A stretch of 63,400 nt of DNA, the filler included, from Conidiobolus incongruus B7586 (taxonomy: Eukaryota), in NCBI GenBank assembly GCA_000697335.1. It is 9 parts of 9 records of this genome, joined end to end, with 100 filler letters (N's around TTAATTAATTAA, not from the genome) between each part and the next. Parts side by side here need not be neighbours in the genome. Positions count along the whole stretch, not along the records: positions 1 to 14,772 come from JNEM01006226.1; positions 14,873 to 23,570 come from JNEM01006229.1; positions 23,671 to 30,844 come from JNEM01006230.1; 6 more parts are not named here. One strand, written 5' to 3'. A program made the position numbers and the translations under genes. The notes under the pieces are model-generated. The model made no database searches, was not told the origin of the DNA, and saw nothing but the letters and a program-made list of their open reading frames with translations. Position 1 is the stretch's first letter, and each line of letters opens with the position of its first letter. This document shows positions 14,119-28,194 of this stretch, piece after piece.

Positions 14119-14313
14119 TTAGTTGGAATTAGTCAACTCTTGTAAACTGTTGAAGACTTGGTTCAATTGATGGCTAATATTGTTAGGTAAACTATGAACA
14201 GCAACTTCATTCGAAAGAAAATGTTCGAGTGTAGTATAAGCTTCACCTAAAGGAACTAATTTTGAATCCATTACTTTGAGATTTAAAGGTCTTGGTAATA
14301 CTTTAGAAGACAT
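14119..14313 (-). CDS. 64-aa protein, candidate RNA polymerase I subunit A14 (Rpa14/Ker1-like)
   Basis: ATG-started ORF with coding-like composition. Pattern P-L-x-L...V...EA...LE.FL..E...I..QL..V...L resembles, from memory, the strand plus two-helix core of yeast Rpa14 and S. pombe Ker1. CCCATAA element 84 nt upstream. Confidence 0.5.
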   Translation of the reverse strand: MSSKVLPRPLNLKVMDSKLVPLGEAYTTLEHFLSNEVAVHSLPNNISHQLNQVFNSLQELTNSN

Positions 14314-14772
14314 GATAGAATATTAAAATATCTAATTAACTATTCATACAAAATCAATTCTCAGTTTATTTGTTACAATAATTATAAATATTAAAGTTAT
14401 GGGTCCTTATTGGAATTTTGATTTGACTAATGTTAGAATTTATTAATTGGAATTTTAGTAAATTATTATAACTAATTAAATATGTTAATTTAACCTTTAT
14501 AACTAATTAATCTAATGTCACCAATTCTTATTTTATATAAACATTTTGATTAATAATTATTAAAAAAGTTTAAAAAGTTAATCAAAATTACATTAGTTTT
14601 TAATTAACAAAATATATTAATTAGTTAATAACAAGTTATATAATATACACTAACCTATAAAAATGAATTATAAAATAAAAATTACTTATATATTTACTTA
14701 TAACTTAAAGATTCTTAATTAAATCAATTAAAAATAAGATATATAATTAAGATATATTATTTAACTATAATA

Positions 14773-14872
14773 NNNNNNNNNNNNNNNNNNNNNNNNNNNN
14801 NNNNNNNNNNNNNNNNTTAATTAATTAANNNNNNNNNNNNNNNNNNNNNNNNNNNNNNNNNNNNNNNNNNNN
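14773..14872. other. Artificial 100-nt contig linker N44-TTAATTAATTAA-N44 (also 23571-23670, 30845-30944, 33009-33108, 35501-35600, 53256-53355, 57086-57185, 61740-61839)
   Basis: Identical structure eight times; the 12-mer gives stop codons in all six frames. Confidence 0.97.
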
Positions 14873-15282
14873 GGGCTTTGTACAGAGCGACTAGACCAGC
14901 AGCAACAGTGGCGGCGTTAGGATCCGACATGCTAAAAGATGGAATCAAGGAATATCAATAGGAACGGGTTTAAAAGGATTAGTGTAAAATGACTCAAGTG
15001 GAACTATAAGCAGTTACTTGAGTATACCAAAAGGGTTGGCTTTGGATGTAGGGAAAAGGTTTATTAATGTAAGAAAGTAAGGTAAGAGAGAGAGATCAAG
15101 AAGGGAGCCGAGCCCTTCTTATACTTAAGTGAAATATATAGGCATAAGTATGCACGGATGAGTAACAGTGAGGTCACTCAGACGTGGACTGGTAAAATGT
15201 TGATAAGGCCTAATTTGGTTAATCAGGTACTTAATAGTGAATTGGAGTGAAGAAAGGTATCAATTAGGTAGCAATCGTCACA
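14873..15282 (-). mobile_element. Putative retroelement 5' end (LTR-like ~14983-15282, leader and start of ORF MSDPNAATVAAGLVALYKA...), truncated by gap
   Basis: GC-richer island. On the minus strand it begins TGTGACG, carries TATAAG, a CT-rich tract, AATAAA and a possible TTACA end, then an ATG ORF running into the contig end. No clean PBS found. Confidence 0.5.
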
Positions 15283-15292
15283 CAAAATGAAG

Positions 15293-15365
15293 GCCTTCTT
15301 GGCTCAGTTGGCAGAGCGTCCGCCTAGTAAGCGGAAGGTCACCAGTTCGATTCTGGTAGAAGGCA
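15293..15365 (+). tRNA. tRNA-Thr(AGT)
   Basis: Perfect cloverleaf: GCCTTCT/AGAAGGC, D arm GCTC/GAGC, anticodon TCCGC-CTAGTAA-GCGGA, T arm ACCAG-TTCGATT-CTGGT. T-run downstream. Confidence 0.97.
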
Positions 15366-15742
15366 TAACGAACCATTTATTTCCTAATCTTTTTCATTAT
15401 ACATCATATATATTTTCAATTATATAAAAGATTATAAAAACTGCATCAAATTTATAACTATATTCCAATACTATTATAACATATTTTTTCTATTATTCTA
15501 TTTTACTAATGAATAATTATTGATTATATTTATAATATTTGTATGTGTTTAAATTTAGATATACATTTATTCAAAATTGATCGCAATTAATTTGATTAAT
15601 TACCTTTAGTTAGAGGATACTTATTCATCAATAATATATTAACAAATGTAGCTATTTTATAGTGCAATAGAAATTAATTCAATTAATATTCACAAATATC
15701 AAATAGCTGTTGATATTAATTAATTGCAAAAAAATTTCACTA

Positions 15743-17287
<1,545 letters not shown>

Positions 17288-18945
17288 CTAATCCAAATTC
17301 AAAATATAAAATAATTTTTTTTAATTTTTGAATAATATAAATACAAATATATGTATATATGTTTTTATAATCAAATTATAAAAAAATATTTTTTAATTGG
17401 TTATTTAATAATTTTTCAATTTATATTTCGTTTGTAATTTCAAGAATTTATAGCAAATTTCAACTATTATTCAAACTCATGGGATAATTTCAAATTATGG
17501 GTCTTTTAGTAGATTTTGTGGAGTAAATGAAATCATAATGAATGGATAAAAGATTGATGGTAGATTTCAATTTTATTAAAATTTTAATTTTAATATTAAC
17601 ATTAAAATAGATTATTTTGAATTTATTTGCAAAAAAGTATATTAAATTTGGTTATATATTTTTTGTTTCATTTTAACAGCTATGAATTTTTTCAATGTGT
17701 TTCATGTTCAAAAATTGATTGAGTATTTTTAAATTTACTATTCAATATAGATCAATAATTTAATAAATTAATCAATAATGATGTTTTAATTTCGAGTATT
17801 TTAATATAATTATATTATAAGAAGTGTTCACTGCATTATTTTCCAAGTTCATATATTCAACTTATTAATTTCAATTATAATTCAATATCTATAACTGATT
17901 CTTATATAATTAGACTACCATTTTATTATTGAAATTAAGATTAATATTAGAAATAAGTAATAATAAATTAATTTGATAGTTAAAAAAATATTTAAATAGA
18001 ACCAACATATTAAATATAATTTGATATCTTTTTTATGTTTATGATATTCAATTTATTTTTCAATAAATTAATATAATATAAATATTTTGATCAAGTTTTA
18101 ATGAATTAAAATTGTAGTAATATTTCATAAATTTTTGTTGATTAAAATATAATGCCAAAGATATTATAATATTTTAATATATAAAAAATATAGTCAAATA
18201 ATTAATAATAAATTATTATTATTATTATTATTAAATATAAGCTCAATAATGATTTAATAAAATTTATAAATATTTAAACTATTTACTTTTAACTTTCAAT
18301 TATAATTTTTCTAATACATCTGTTGAATACAATTTCTTTTCAAATTAATGAAATACTAAAGAATGTCCAGCTCAACTCAACAATAATTCAAAAATAATCA
18401 TTCCATAAATAAAAATGCCAAATGTTGTACAGTTGTGAATGATAAGTATGCTGTGTAATTCCATTTTCGTTACATTGTGGATTTTAATTTTGCTTTGAAT
18501 ACTATTTGTCAGAATATTGGAGTATAAAATTTTGTACAAAATAATTAGGATTAATTTATATTTCAAAAATTATGAATATAATTGATAAGATTTAATAAAT
18601 AGACTCATTTTATTAATAGTTATTTTTGTACGAATATAACTCTCTAATAATCGTGTCGTTACCAATTGATTAGACATACATAAATTCTCAAGTGAGTTAA
18701 CTCAAATTTAGTGGCATGATATTAAATAACAATGTTTTTTAATTTGAAATAATTTAGGCTATAGAAATAATGTAAATTGAATGAATGAATATATTTATTA
18801 TCAATTAAATTAAATTGTGTCTATAAGTGATCATTCTCAAAATTGGTAGGCTTAGTGTGGATTGGGTGTGATTATAGTACGAAATGATTAATAATTGAAT
18901 TTAAACAAATACATAGTGGTAGAATGGTTAATTAAATGTTGTTGT

Positions 18946-20958
18946 CTATGTTGCAGCAGTCACGGTTGAATTAGCTTTGCCATTGGCTCTGGATGAGTTA
19001 CGATGATTAGATTTTTTACGACTTTTGGACGACTTGGATGGTTGGGATGTGGAAGATGCGTTGGTATTGGGACTGTTGTTGCTGCTATTGTTACCGTTTT
19101 TTGAATTGCGATTGCTAGATCTTTCATTGCGTCCTCTAGATCTATTTCGATTGCTAGACGAATTGGATCGTCTGCTATTTCCTTTGCCATTTGGCTCACT
19201 CTTCCCTTTGGATCCTGATGTGTCGTGATTGGATCTTTGCTCTGATTTGGATCGACTATTGGATTTAGGAGCTGATTCTTTAACATGAATAATTTGAGGT
19301 GATGGTTTGATGGGCTCAGGAATATTCACATTCAAATTGGGGATATTTGGCAATGGAGCTGATTTTGGTAGATTGATTCTACGCTTAGGATCATACTTGG
19401 GAGGGTGAAGATAATGAGGGTGGTCAAGTGCAAGTTGAGAGGTGAGATAGGTCAATTCTTCAACAATTTCATCATCCCATTGGAAAAATGAAGTTTCGCC
19501 ACTGTTGGGATCTTCATCTCCACTGCCATCAGAATTTGAATAAATGGGTCTATAAGCTTGGCATACCATAGCGAATGAAGCTTTTTCTAAAAGGATTTTA
19601 GCAGCTCTTCGCAACTCATCTCTAATCCCTATGACACTAATTAAATCTGCACTATTTCCTAAATTTCTAACAGTGTTAAACGGTTCCTCAATACAAAACA
19701 TTCTATATAGTTTTCCAGTATGCCAACCCTTGTCTTTTTTAGATAAATATTTTCCATGTCTAACACTGACAACATTTTCGTTATAATCAAATTCGTAGCC
19801 AAAATGTTTAAAAAATGCAAATAATAATCCACCCAAAGTTTCCTTATTAGTTCTACCAAACCCTGCGAGTAAATTCACATCGTCAAAAAATGCTACATTC
19901 ACTCCTTGAATATATACTGGAGGGCATGGAATTTGATGAAGGACGGGCAATATCGGTGGATCCCTCATCTGCAAAAAGTTGAGCACAATATTCACCCAGG
20001 TATATGTTGATAGTGTTCCACCAGCAGCTAGATTATAAAACGCTTAATAAATTTGAATTATTCGGGCTTTTGATAAATTTTACCAGCATCATTGAGTTTT
20101 CTCCTACTAGTCCAGTATTTAATCATCATTGTCAAAGGTCTTACCCTTGGATCAATATCGACATACGTCCGTATTAGCTTAGTATTACTTAAAGCAACAG
20201 GATTATTCACATTAAAATCACAAGCTAAATCACTTTAAAAAATCAACAAATTAATACTTGAAAATTACAAAATATAAAAACTTACAGTAATGAGTCATAA
20301 GCTTTAACAATAGGAATTTTGGCTTCAGGAATGCATATAATATTTGTAAAGCCGTCTAAAAATGAAATCATTTAATTCTACTGACCAATCAAATTGAATA
20401 ATATTGAAAAATTTTAGTATTTACATTTTTTTAGACAGTTTCCTAGTGATCGAATATCCCTAAAAGCTTCACCCGGCGTTAATATACAGACGTCAACGTC
20501 GCTCTGGTTGGAGCCTAAGGAGTTGGTAGAAGAGCTAGTGGTGTACTCAATTAGTTATATTTCATGAAATTGATTTAAATAATTGTCATTTACCCAAATA
20601 ATTCACTCTTAATTTCTTGATCTGGAAATTCCAATTCAAAAATATGTTGAATTCTGATCAAGAACAGCCTTCTCCTCTCTGAACTATCAAAAGTAGGAGT
20701 CAATTTCTAAAGAAGGAAGGAATATAAATAATTAATTTATTAATTATGAATAATAAAATTATTTACTTCATAAACTGATAACATATCCATAGTAATAATA
20801 TTTTCGGAATTTGAAGATAAATTATGTTTAGCTTTTAGTTTGACATCTTTAGAATTAAACCCAAAATTTCTAGCACCAGAAGGTGATCTCGAAGTTTCTG
20901 AACTTAGATCAGAGTTATCACTACGATTTCTCCAAGAATCTTGCGTTGATTGGGTCAT
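18946..20958 (-). CDS. Non-canonical poly(A)/(C/U) terminal nucleotidyltransferase (Cid11/Cid13/CutA-like); exons 20958-20767, 20706-20594, 20534-20425, 20355-20286, 20232-20084, 20027-18946
   Basis: Spliced product has the Pol-beta NTase motif FGSSTNSLGSNQSDVDVC, AKIPIVK, CDFNVNN..AL.NT.LI.TY..ID.RVRPL, GGTLSTY, PAP-associated IEEPFNTVRNLGN, and a Ser/Asn/Arg-rich disordered tail. Confidence 0.9.
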
Positions 20959-23900
20959 AGATATTCAATAATTAATCTTTATAATAAAACTTATTTTTTT
21001 TGAGTTTGAAGATATAAATTAAAATGATATTAATACAATTATAAAAATAAAGGTAGGGGCGGGAGTCACAGTTGATAAATTTTTATCCTTTTAAAAATAT
21101 AACCAATATGAGATTGGGTATATTGAATCAACTGTCTTATCGAGTATAATGAAAAGTGAGTTGAGTTTAGGTTATAAAATTTTAATCTTTTTAATAATGC
21201 CAATTTGATAATATATATATTTTTTTTCTTAAAATTTTAAATAGTAATAAAGTTTTAAAATTAAAGAGTGTTTTTTGGGAGTTATAATTATTTCAATCAA
21301 TCACACAGTTTTTTGAATTAACTATGGTAAATCAAAAATTTTTAGTTTGTTGGAGGAGTTGTGTGGTATTAAAATTTCTTTGTGAATTACAATTGGTCAT
21401 ATTTAAGGGTTTAATGGTGATGCAACTTGATTGGTTAATGCTTTACAATTCTTTTATAATCTTAGAGATATTTTATTGCTGAGTTTTTTATGGTAATCTG
21501 AAGCCTATAAAAATTAACTTTATATTAACTAAATAATTCATTTTTACCAATTGAATTTTAGTTTATGCAATATATTCTGTGAGCTTAAACCCTTTTTAAT
21601 ATAAATTTAACTCCTAAATATATTATTTATAAAAAATACTATATAATGTAATAAATTTGAATATAATTTATCAATCTTATATCATTTCAATTTAAGGTTG
21701 TTTTGGAATTATTCAATTCATGTATACTTTTAATATTGTCGATATATAAATTATTTTGATAAATTGATGCTTACTAAATTCAACAGATTTATATCATTTA
21801 AAATTCAAACTGCTAATGATTAAAATGATGCAAATTTTCAAATCTAATTTTATACTATTCAAATGAAATTTAAATTCATCATCATCACCAATAAAAAAAC
21901 ATCTAAATAAAGAAATTAGAAATTGATATTATCCTATTATAAATATTAACAATCAATATTATTTTTAATACTGATTCGTTAAAAAATAAAAGTAAATAAA
22001 TAAATAAAATGACAAATTTCGTCATTGTTATTTGGTGATATCATCTTTCTTTTGAGTGTGAATTGTAAAGTGATAACTTGAATCTGATAAAATTATTTGA
22101 ATTGAGAACTTTTTACTAGTATAGCATCATTGTAAATATATTTTATCAATTAAATTATATTATGATTCATTTAATTATTAAAAGTTAATCTATTAAAATA
22201 AATTATTCTATCATTAACTATAAATTTTCATCCATTTCATCGAATTTTCTAGTGTTTGAAATATTATTTTTTTTCAAGTTAGCAAATACATGCCGAACAA
22301 ATCAGTGTTATATTAAGCGGTTTATTAAGCAACTAACATTAAAATATATTTTTTATACTATTTAGTATTCTGAATTAACTATATATATTAAACTACTTAA
22401 TAATTGTTAAGTGTTTAAGAAATAAGGATATTTATATATGAGTATTAAATATTTTCAATTATCTAAATATTAACCTTTAGTATTTAAATAATGCCTTTCA
22501 AAATATGAAATGAATTATGTATATATTTATTATTTGATCAATTTATACGTTTTTGATTTTGATTAAAAATAATTCAAAAAACTAATATATTTTTAAAAAT
22601 AAACAATAAATCATATTTCAATAACATTATAATTATTTTCGATGATATTCAATATCAATGTTTGAATTATTTTCAATCATGTCTTACATCTTTTATAAAA
22701 GTATTAAAATTATTTTTAAAGTTTTTGAGAATCAGTTATTATTACTGGATAGCTATTATCATGTTATGAATATTACTAATTAGCTATGTAATTATTTACA
22801 CTATTCATAATAAATCACCTATTATAATCTTAGCTTGATAATAATATAAATGATATAAAAAATTTGAAATATTAAAATAATTATATTGAATATTATTATA
22901 TATATATATCAAAGTGACCAGTAATCTATTTAATCATATCATTGAAAGAGGAAAATCATATAGATCAATTTAATTTATAATTATATATTACTTTGATTAT
23001 TAATCTATAAAGGTTTCGAAATATTTGTAATTATATAATATATTCAAATGAAATAATAAATTTACATTATATTAAGATTATTTATATAAAATACATTCAA
23101 GCTTTATTCATTATATTTATAGTCATAATCACTAATTTATATATATATGTATATTGTCACATTTATGTTTTATAACTTGTTATACTGTTACCCTTTTATC
23201 CAAACTTTCCCATAATTTATTCCTTATTTTATCATACTTAAACTATCTCAATCTTATTTAAATAAAGCTCACTTACATTAATAGCCATATAAAATAATTT
23301 AACAAAACTAATAGTTAACTCTCCAAATTATTTATCTGAACAACCCAAGTTATTCCAACTCCATAAAATAAAATAACATAGCTATTCTAGTTTCCAACAC
23401 TAGTATTTATATACTGATAAATATTATATAAATATATTATTTTTAAATTATTGTTTATAATTTATTTATTAAGTTAATATTTCATTTTGAATAAATATTT
23501 AAAACTTAATTAATAAATTTATAAAATTAACTTTGATAATGAATAATTAAATAATTTGTAGCATTAATCANNNNNNNNNNNNNNNNNNNNNNNNNNNNNN
23601 NNNNNNNNNNNNNNTTAATTAATTAANNNNNNNNNNNNNNNNNNNNNNNNNNNNNNNNNNNNNNNNNNNNTAAATATTATTTAATTTATGAAAAATAATA
23701 AAAAGGTCAAATTGATCTGATAAATATATATTTAGTTAATTTATATTTATCTTTAAGTTTTATTTAAAATAATCTAAAATAAATTTTTATAATTATATTT
23801 TATAATTTTCAGATTTTGATTATTTAAAATTTAAATAAAGTTATTAATTTAAACAAATATCTATTTTATTATTATTATTATTATTAATATATATTCATTT

Positions 23901-24823
23901 TTTATTTAAATTGGTTTTAAATCAATATTTAAATATTAATTATTATATATATAATGTGTTTTTCAAAGAGTTTGAGTTTATATAATAATGCTTATATTTT
24001 TATAAAATTAATTATATTTAATAATTAAAATAATATAATTTTTGTAAATATTTCACCAATATGAATAACAAAAATATCAATATCTTAAGATAATTTATCT
24101 ATGAATATTTACAGGTAAATATTTATATATAATAATAATTTTAGATATGGTTACACAAAATAAAATCGATAAGCTAATGAAAAATTAAAAATGATATATA
24201 TTTTGTATATTTCTTTTTTTAATTTTGAATCGATAATTGTGGTAAATAATTATTACTTGTAATTATTTACAAATAAATTAAAAACCTTGAGATATAATTA
24301 TTAATTTATAATATATAATTTACTATTACTTAAACCTTTTTTAATATTTAATGAATTAAATTTCCATTATAAAAATGGATAAATTATTTAAAATTGATTC
24401 AACCAATCAAATATAAACATTGCATACAGTTGGTGATATAGGAATAAATTGAGAATTATAAATATCATTTGATCAATTAAATAATATATTAATACTAATT
24501 AATAAGGATCAGTTAAAGCCGTGAAAGAGGTATAATATAAGAAGTGAGGTATTATTGTCAATCACTCATTATAATCATAAACAAATTATAAAATGCATTA
24601 TATATAATTTTATTGAAGTAAAAGAGGGAAAGTTGTACATAGTAAGAGATCAACCATTATTGAACTCGTGTATATAGTTGTAAAAGCGTATAGAAAATTA
24701 GATGATTTTACAGACAGATTAGAAAGCTATATAATATTCAATCCATTTCTAAAATTAAGTCAAAGAAATGTACGATTATTCTGTTAAAAAGGATTTAGCG
24801 AGGGGTCATGAATCGAAAGGAAT

Positions 24824-27415
24824 TTAGTTGTTAGCAGCCATCAAGTTCAAAGCAGAACCGGCCTTGAACCAACCGATTTGATTCTCGTTGAAAGTGTGGT
24901 TGACGGGGATATCAATGGTGGAACCATCAGCCTTCTTGACTTTGAGGTTAAGAGGCTTGCCAGGAGTGAGAGTAGTAACACCTTCAATAGTGATACGATC
25001 GGAGGGATCAATCTTGTCGTAGTCGGCAGGATCGGCGAAAGTCAAAGGAAGCATACCTTGCTTCTTAAGATTGGTTTCGTGAATACGAGCGAAACTCTTG
25101 ACAATAACAGCAACACCACCCAAGTATCTGACTTCCAAGGCAGCATGTTCTCGAGAAGAACCTTCACCGTAGTTTTCATCACCAATAACAACCCACTTGA
25201 TACCATCAGCCTTGTATTGTCTGGCAACCTTAGGAACTTCGTCCCATTCACCAGTGAAGACGTTACGAACCTTATTGGCTTCCTTGTTTTCAATGTTAAT
25301 AGCACCGATTAACATGTTGTTGGAGATGTTTTCCAAGTGTCCACGGTATTTCAACCAGGGACCAGCCATGGAAATGTGATCGGTGGTACATTTGCCGAAA
25401 GCCTTGATAAGAATGGGCATATCAGCGGGATCCTTACCGTCCCACTTGTCGAAGGGCTTAAGAAGTTGAAGACGTTGGGAGTTAGGGTCAACGGCGACTT
25501 GAATATCAGCGGCGTTTTCAGCAGGGGGTTGGTAAGTATCTTCACCAGGATCGTAACCACGAACGGGAAGTTCATGACCATTGGGAGGAGATAATTTGAA
25601 TTCCTTACCATCGGCGCCCTTCAAGGTATCAGTGATGGGGTTGAAAGTCAAATCACCAGCGAGAGACATGGCAGTGACAATTTCGGGACTGGCAACGAAA
25701 GCGTGAGTGGCAGGGTTACCGTCGTTACGACCAGTGAAGTTACGGTTATAAGAGGTAATGATAGAGTTCTTAACACCCTTGGGAACATCTTGACGATCCC
25801 ATTGACCAATACAAGGACCACAAGCGTTGGCCAAGACAACACCACCAGCTTCAGTGAAAGTCTTGATTTGACCATCACGTTCAATGGTAGCACGAACTTG
25901 TTCGGAACCTGGAGTAACAGTGTACTTGGACTTGAAAGCAAGACCGTGTTCCTTAGCTTCACTAACTAAGGAAGCAGAACGAGTAATATCTTCGTAGGAA
26001 GAGTTGGTACAAGAACCAATCAAACCAACCTTAAGTTCAGTGGGCCAGTTGTTCTTGATGGCGGTTTCCTTGAACTTGCTAAGAGGAGTAGCCAAATCGG
26101 GAGTAAAGGGGCCGTTGATGTGGGGTTCGAGTTCATCAAGGTTGATTTCAATAACTTGATCGTATTGAGCACCTTCATCGGCCTTCAAGTTTCTGGCGAA
26201 CTTCTTGGAAGATTCAGCCAAGTGAGGACGACGAGTGGCAACGAGATAATCAGCCATACGTTGGTTGAAGGGGAAGAGAGAGGTGGTGGCTCCGATTTCG
26301 GCACCCATGTTACAGATGGTACCCATACCAGTACAAGAAATAGAGTCAACACCAGGACCGAAGTATTCAACAATAGCACCAGTACCACCTTTAACGGTAA
26401 GAATACCAGCGACCTTCAAGATAACATCTTTGGGAGAGGTCCAGCCAGAGAGTTTACCAGTCAATTTAACACCGATAACCTTGGGGCACTTCAATTCCCA
26501 AGGAATATCAGCCAAAACATCGACGGCATCAGCACCACCAACACCGATAGCAACCATACCCAAACCACCAGCGTTAGGAGTGTGAGAGTCAGTGCCAATC
26601 ATCAAACCACCAGGGAAAGCATAGTTTTCTAAGACGATTTGATGGATGATACCGGAACCGGGCTTCCAGAAACCAAGACCATATTTGGAACAGGTGGAGG
26701 CCAAGAAGTCATAAACTTCTTTGTTAATATCTTTAGCACGAATTAAATCGGGAACACCGCTAACTTGAGCTTGAATTAAGTGATCACAATGAACAGTGGA
26801 AGGGACAGCAACCTTGGGCATACCAGCAGAGATGAATTGTAATAAAGCCATCTACATAATAAATAATATAATATAAATAAATTATTCGTAAATCTTGGAG
26901 TATTGAAACTTTGAAAGTTCCAAATAATCCTATTATTATATTAAGCATACCTGAGCAGTAGCATCTTGGAAAGCAACACGATCGGGTCTCAAGCGTAAGT
27001 AAGAAACACCACGTTCAATTTCTTGATTGTGGGGATCTTCCAAGTGACCATAAACAATCTTTTCAGAGAGAGTCAAAGGACGATTTAATCTATAAATATT
27101 TTGTTTAGTATATGCGCAAGGTGACGTAGTGTTTTGATTCTAATCAAATAAAAAGTACCTCTTGCGGACAATAGCTAAGTTGTCTTCAATTCTTTGATAG
27201 TTGATATATTGACCTTGTTCCAAGTTAGAGATTTGGACCTTTTGAGGAACTTCGCCAGCAGTAGCATAAGTACGACGTAATAAAGAGGGAAGGACTGAGC
27301 GTTGGGCAGCCTATTTAAGTTTATATAAGTATCAATTTATAAAGTGTATTTAAAGTGAGCTTAAAATAATAGATTAAGCTTCACATACCTTCGTAGCGTT
27401 ACGTAAACCCAACAT
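24824..27415 (-). CDS. ACO1: Mitochondrial aconitate hydratase; exons 27415-27389, 27310-27159, 27089-26951, 26851-24824 (781 aa)
   Basis: Arg/Ser-rich presequence [86 protein letters not shown]. Three GT-AG introns keep the frame. Confidence 0.98.
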
Positions 27416-28168
27416 TATATATTTATATGGTTAGTTTTAATCTAAATATACAAGTGATATTATTTAACAAAGGGGAAGCAAAGGAAGATTGGATGTATGC
27501 CAAAAAACTGATAGGATGATTTGTATGAATGAAAAGATGAAAATCAATTATCAGAAAGAGCTTACAGTAAAAGAGTGAAACGCTTGCATATTATATACCA
27601 CATCACCTCTATCCAGCAGCCTAAATCTCAGCCGATAATTGGAGAGAAAATTTTCCAATCCGTAATTTGATTTGTTATCTTGATCAAAAAACTGATAGAT
27701 AATCAGTAAATTATAGTCCAATCAAATAAGTGTGGATTTTGTAATCTTTTAAATTAGAACTAAATGAATGATGTAACACTTTATAAATATACTATGATTT
27801 GATTTGTCAATTTTTCAACAAATGTATCCTATTTAGACTTGAGCTGTATGCCTTTAAATAAATCTTAACCCTAAAGGTCTTTAATGAAAGGTATCAAGTG
27901 AAGTAATAATCTTTTTTCAATTAAAATATCTTAATTATATTTGAAAATGTATACCTTTGATTTTCAAATGTCTGCTAAATTCCCACTCGAAAAATTATGT
28001 GAAAAACTATTTAATTCAAAATATAAGAATTTCAATTCAGTAAGCGATTTTTCCCGAAATCAACTATTTGAAACGTGATTACCCGAATTATATTATTGAC
28101 AACTTTGAAAATTTGAAATAGTTTTCGAAATTTATGTTAATAAATAATTTGAATAGAATAAACTTGAG

Positions 28169-28194
28169 AATTTTATGGGTCGCCCCATAAAATT
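28169..28194. promoter_or_regulatory. 11-bp inverted repeat made of two CCCATAA elements, upstream of aconitase
   Basis: AATTTTATGGG-tcgc-CCCATAAAATT. Confidence 0.4.

Noticed and set aside
14817..14828. Recurrent TTAATTAATTAA as a biological repeat or CRISPR-like array
   Set aside because: Always centred in N runs; an assembly linker.
23178..23399. Possible solo LTR (TGTTA...CCAACA, CpG-free)
   Set aside because: No target-site duplication or second copy in the window; cannot be supported.
24878..26632. Many overlapping and antisense ORFs in aconitase (likewise in SulP, MAP2 and UBA1)
   Set aside because: Shadow frames caused by strong codon bias in real genes; no independent motifs.
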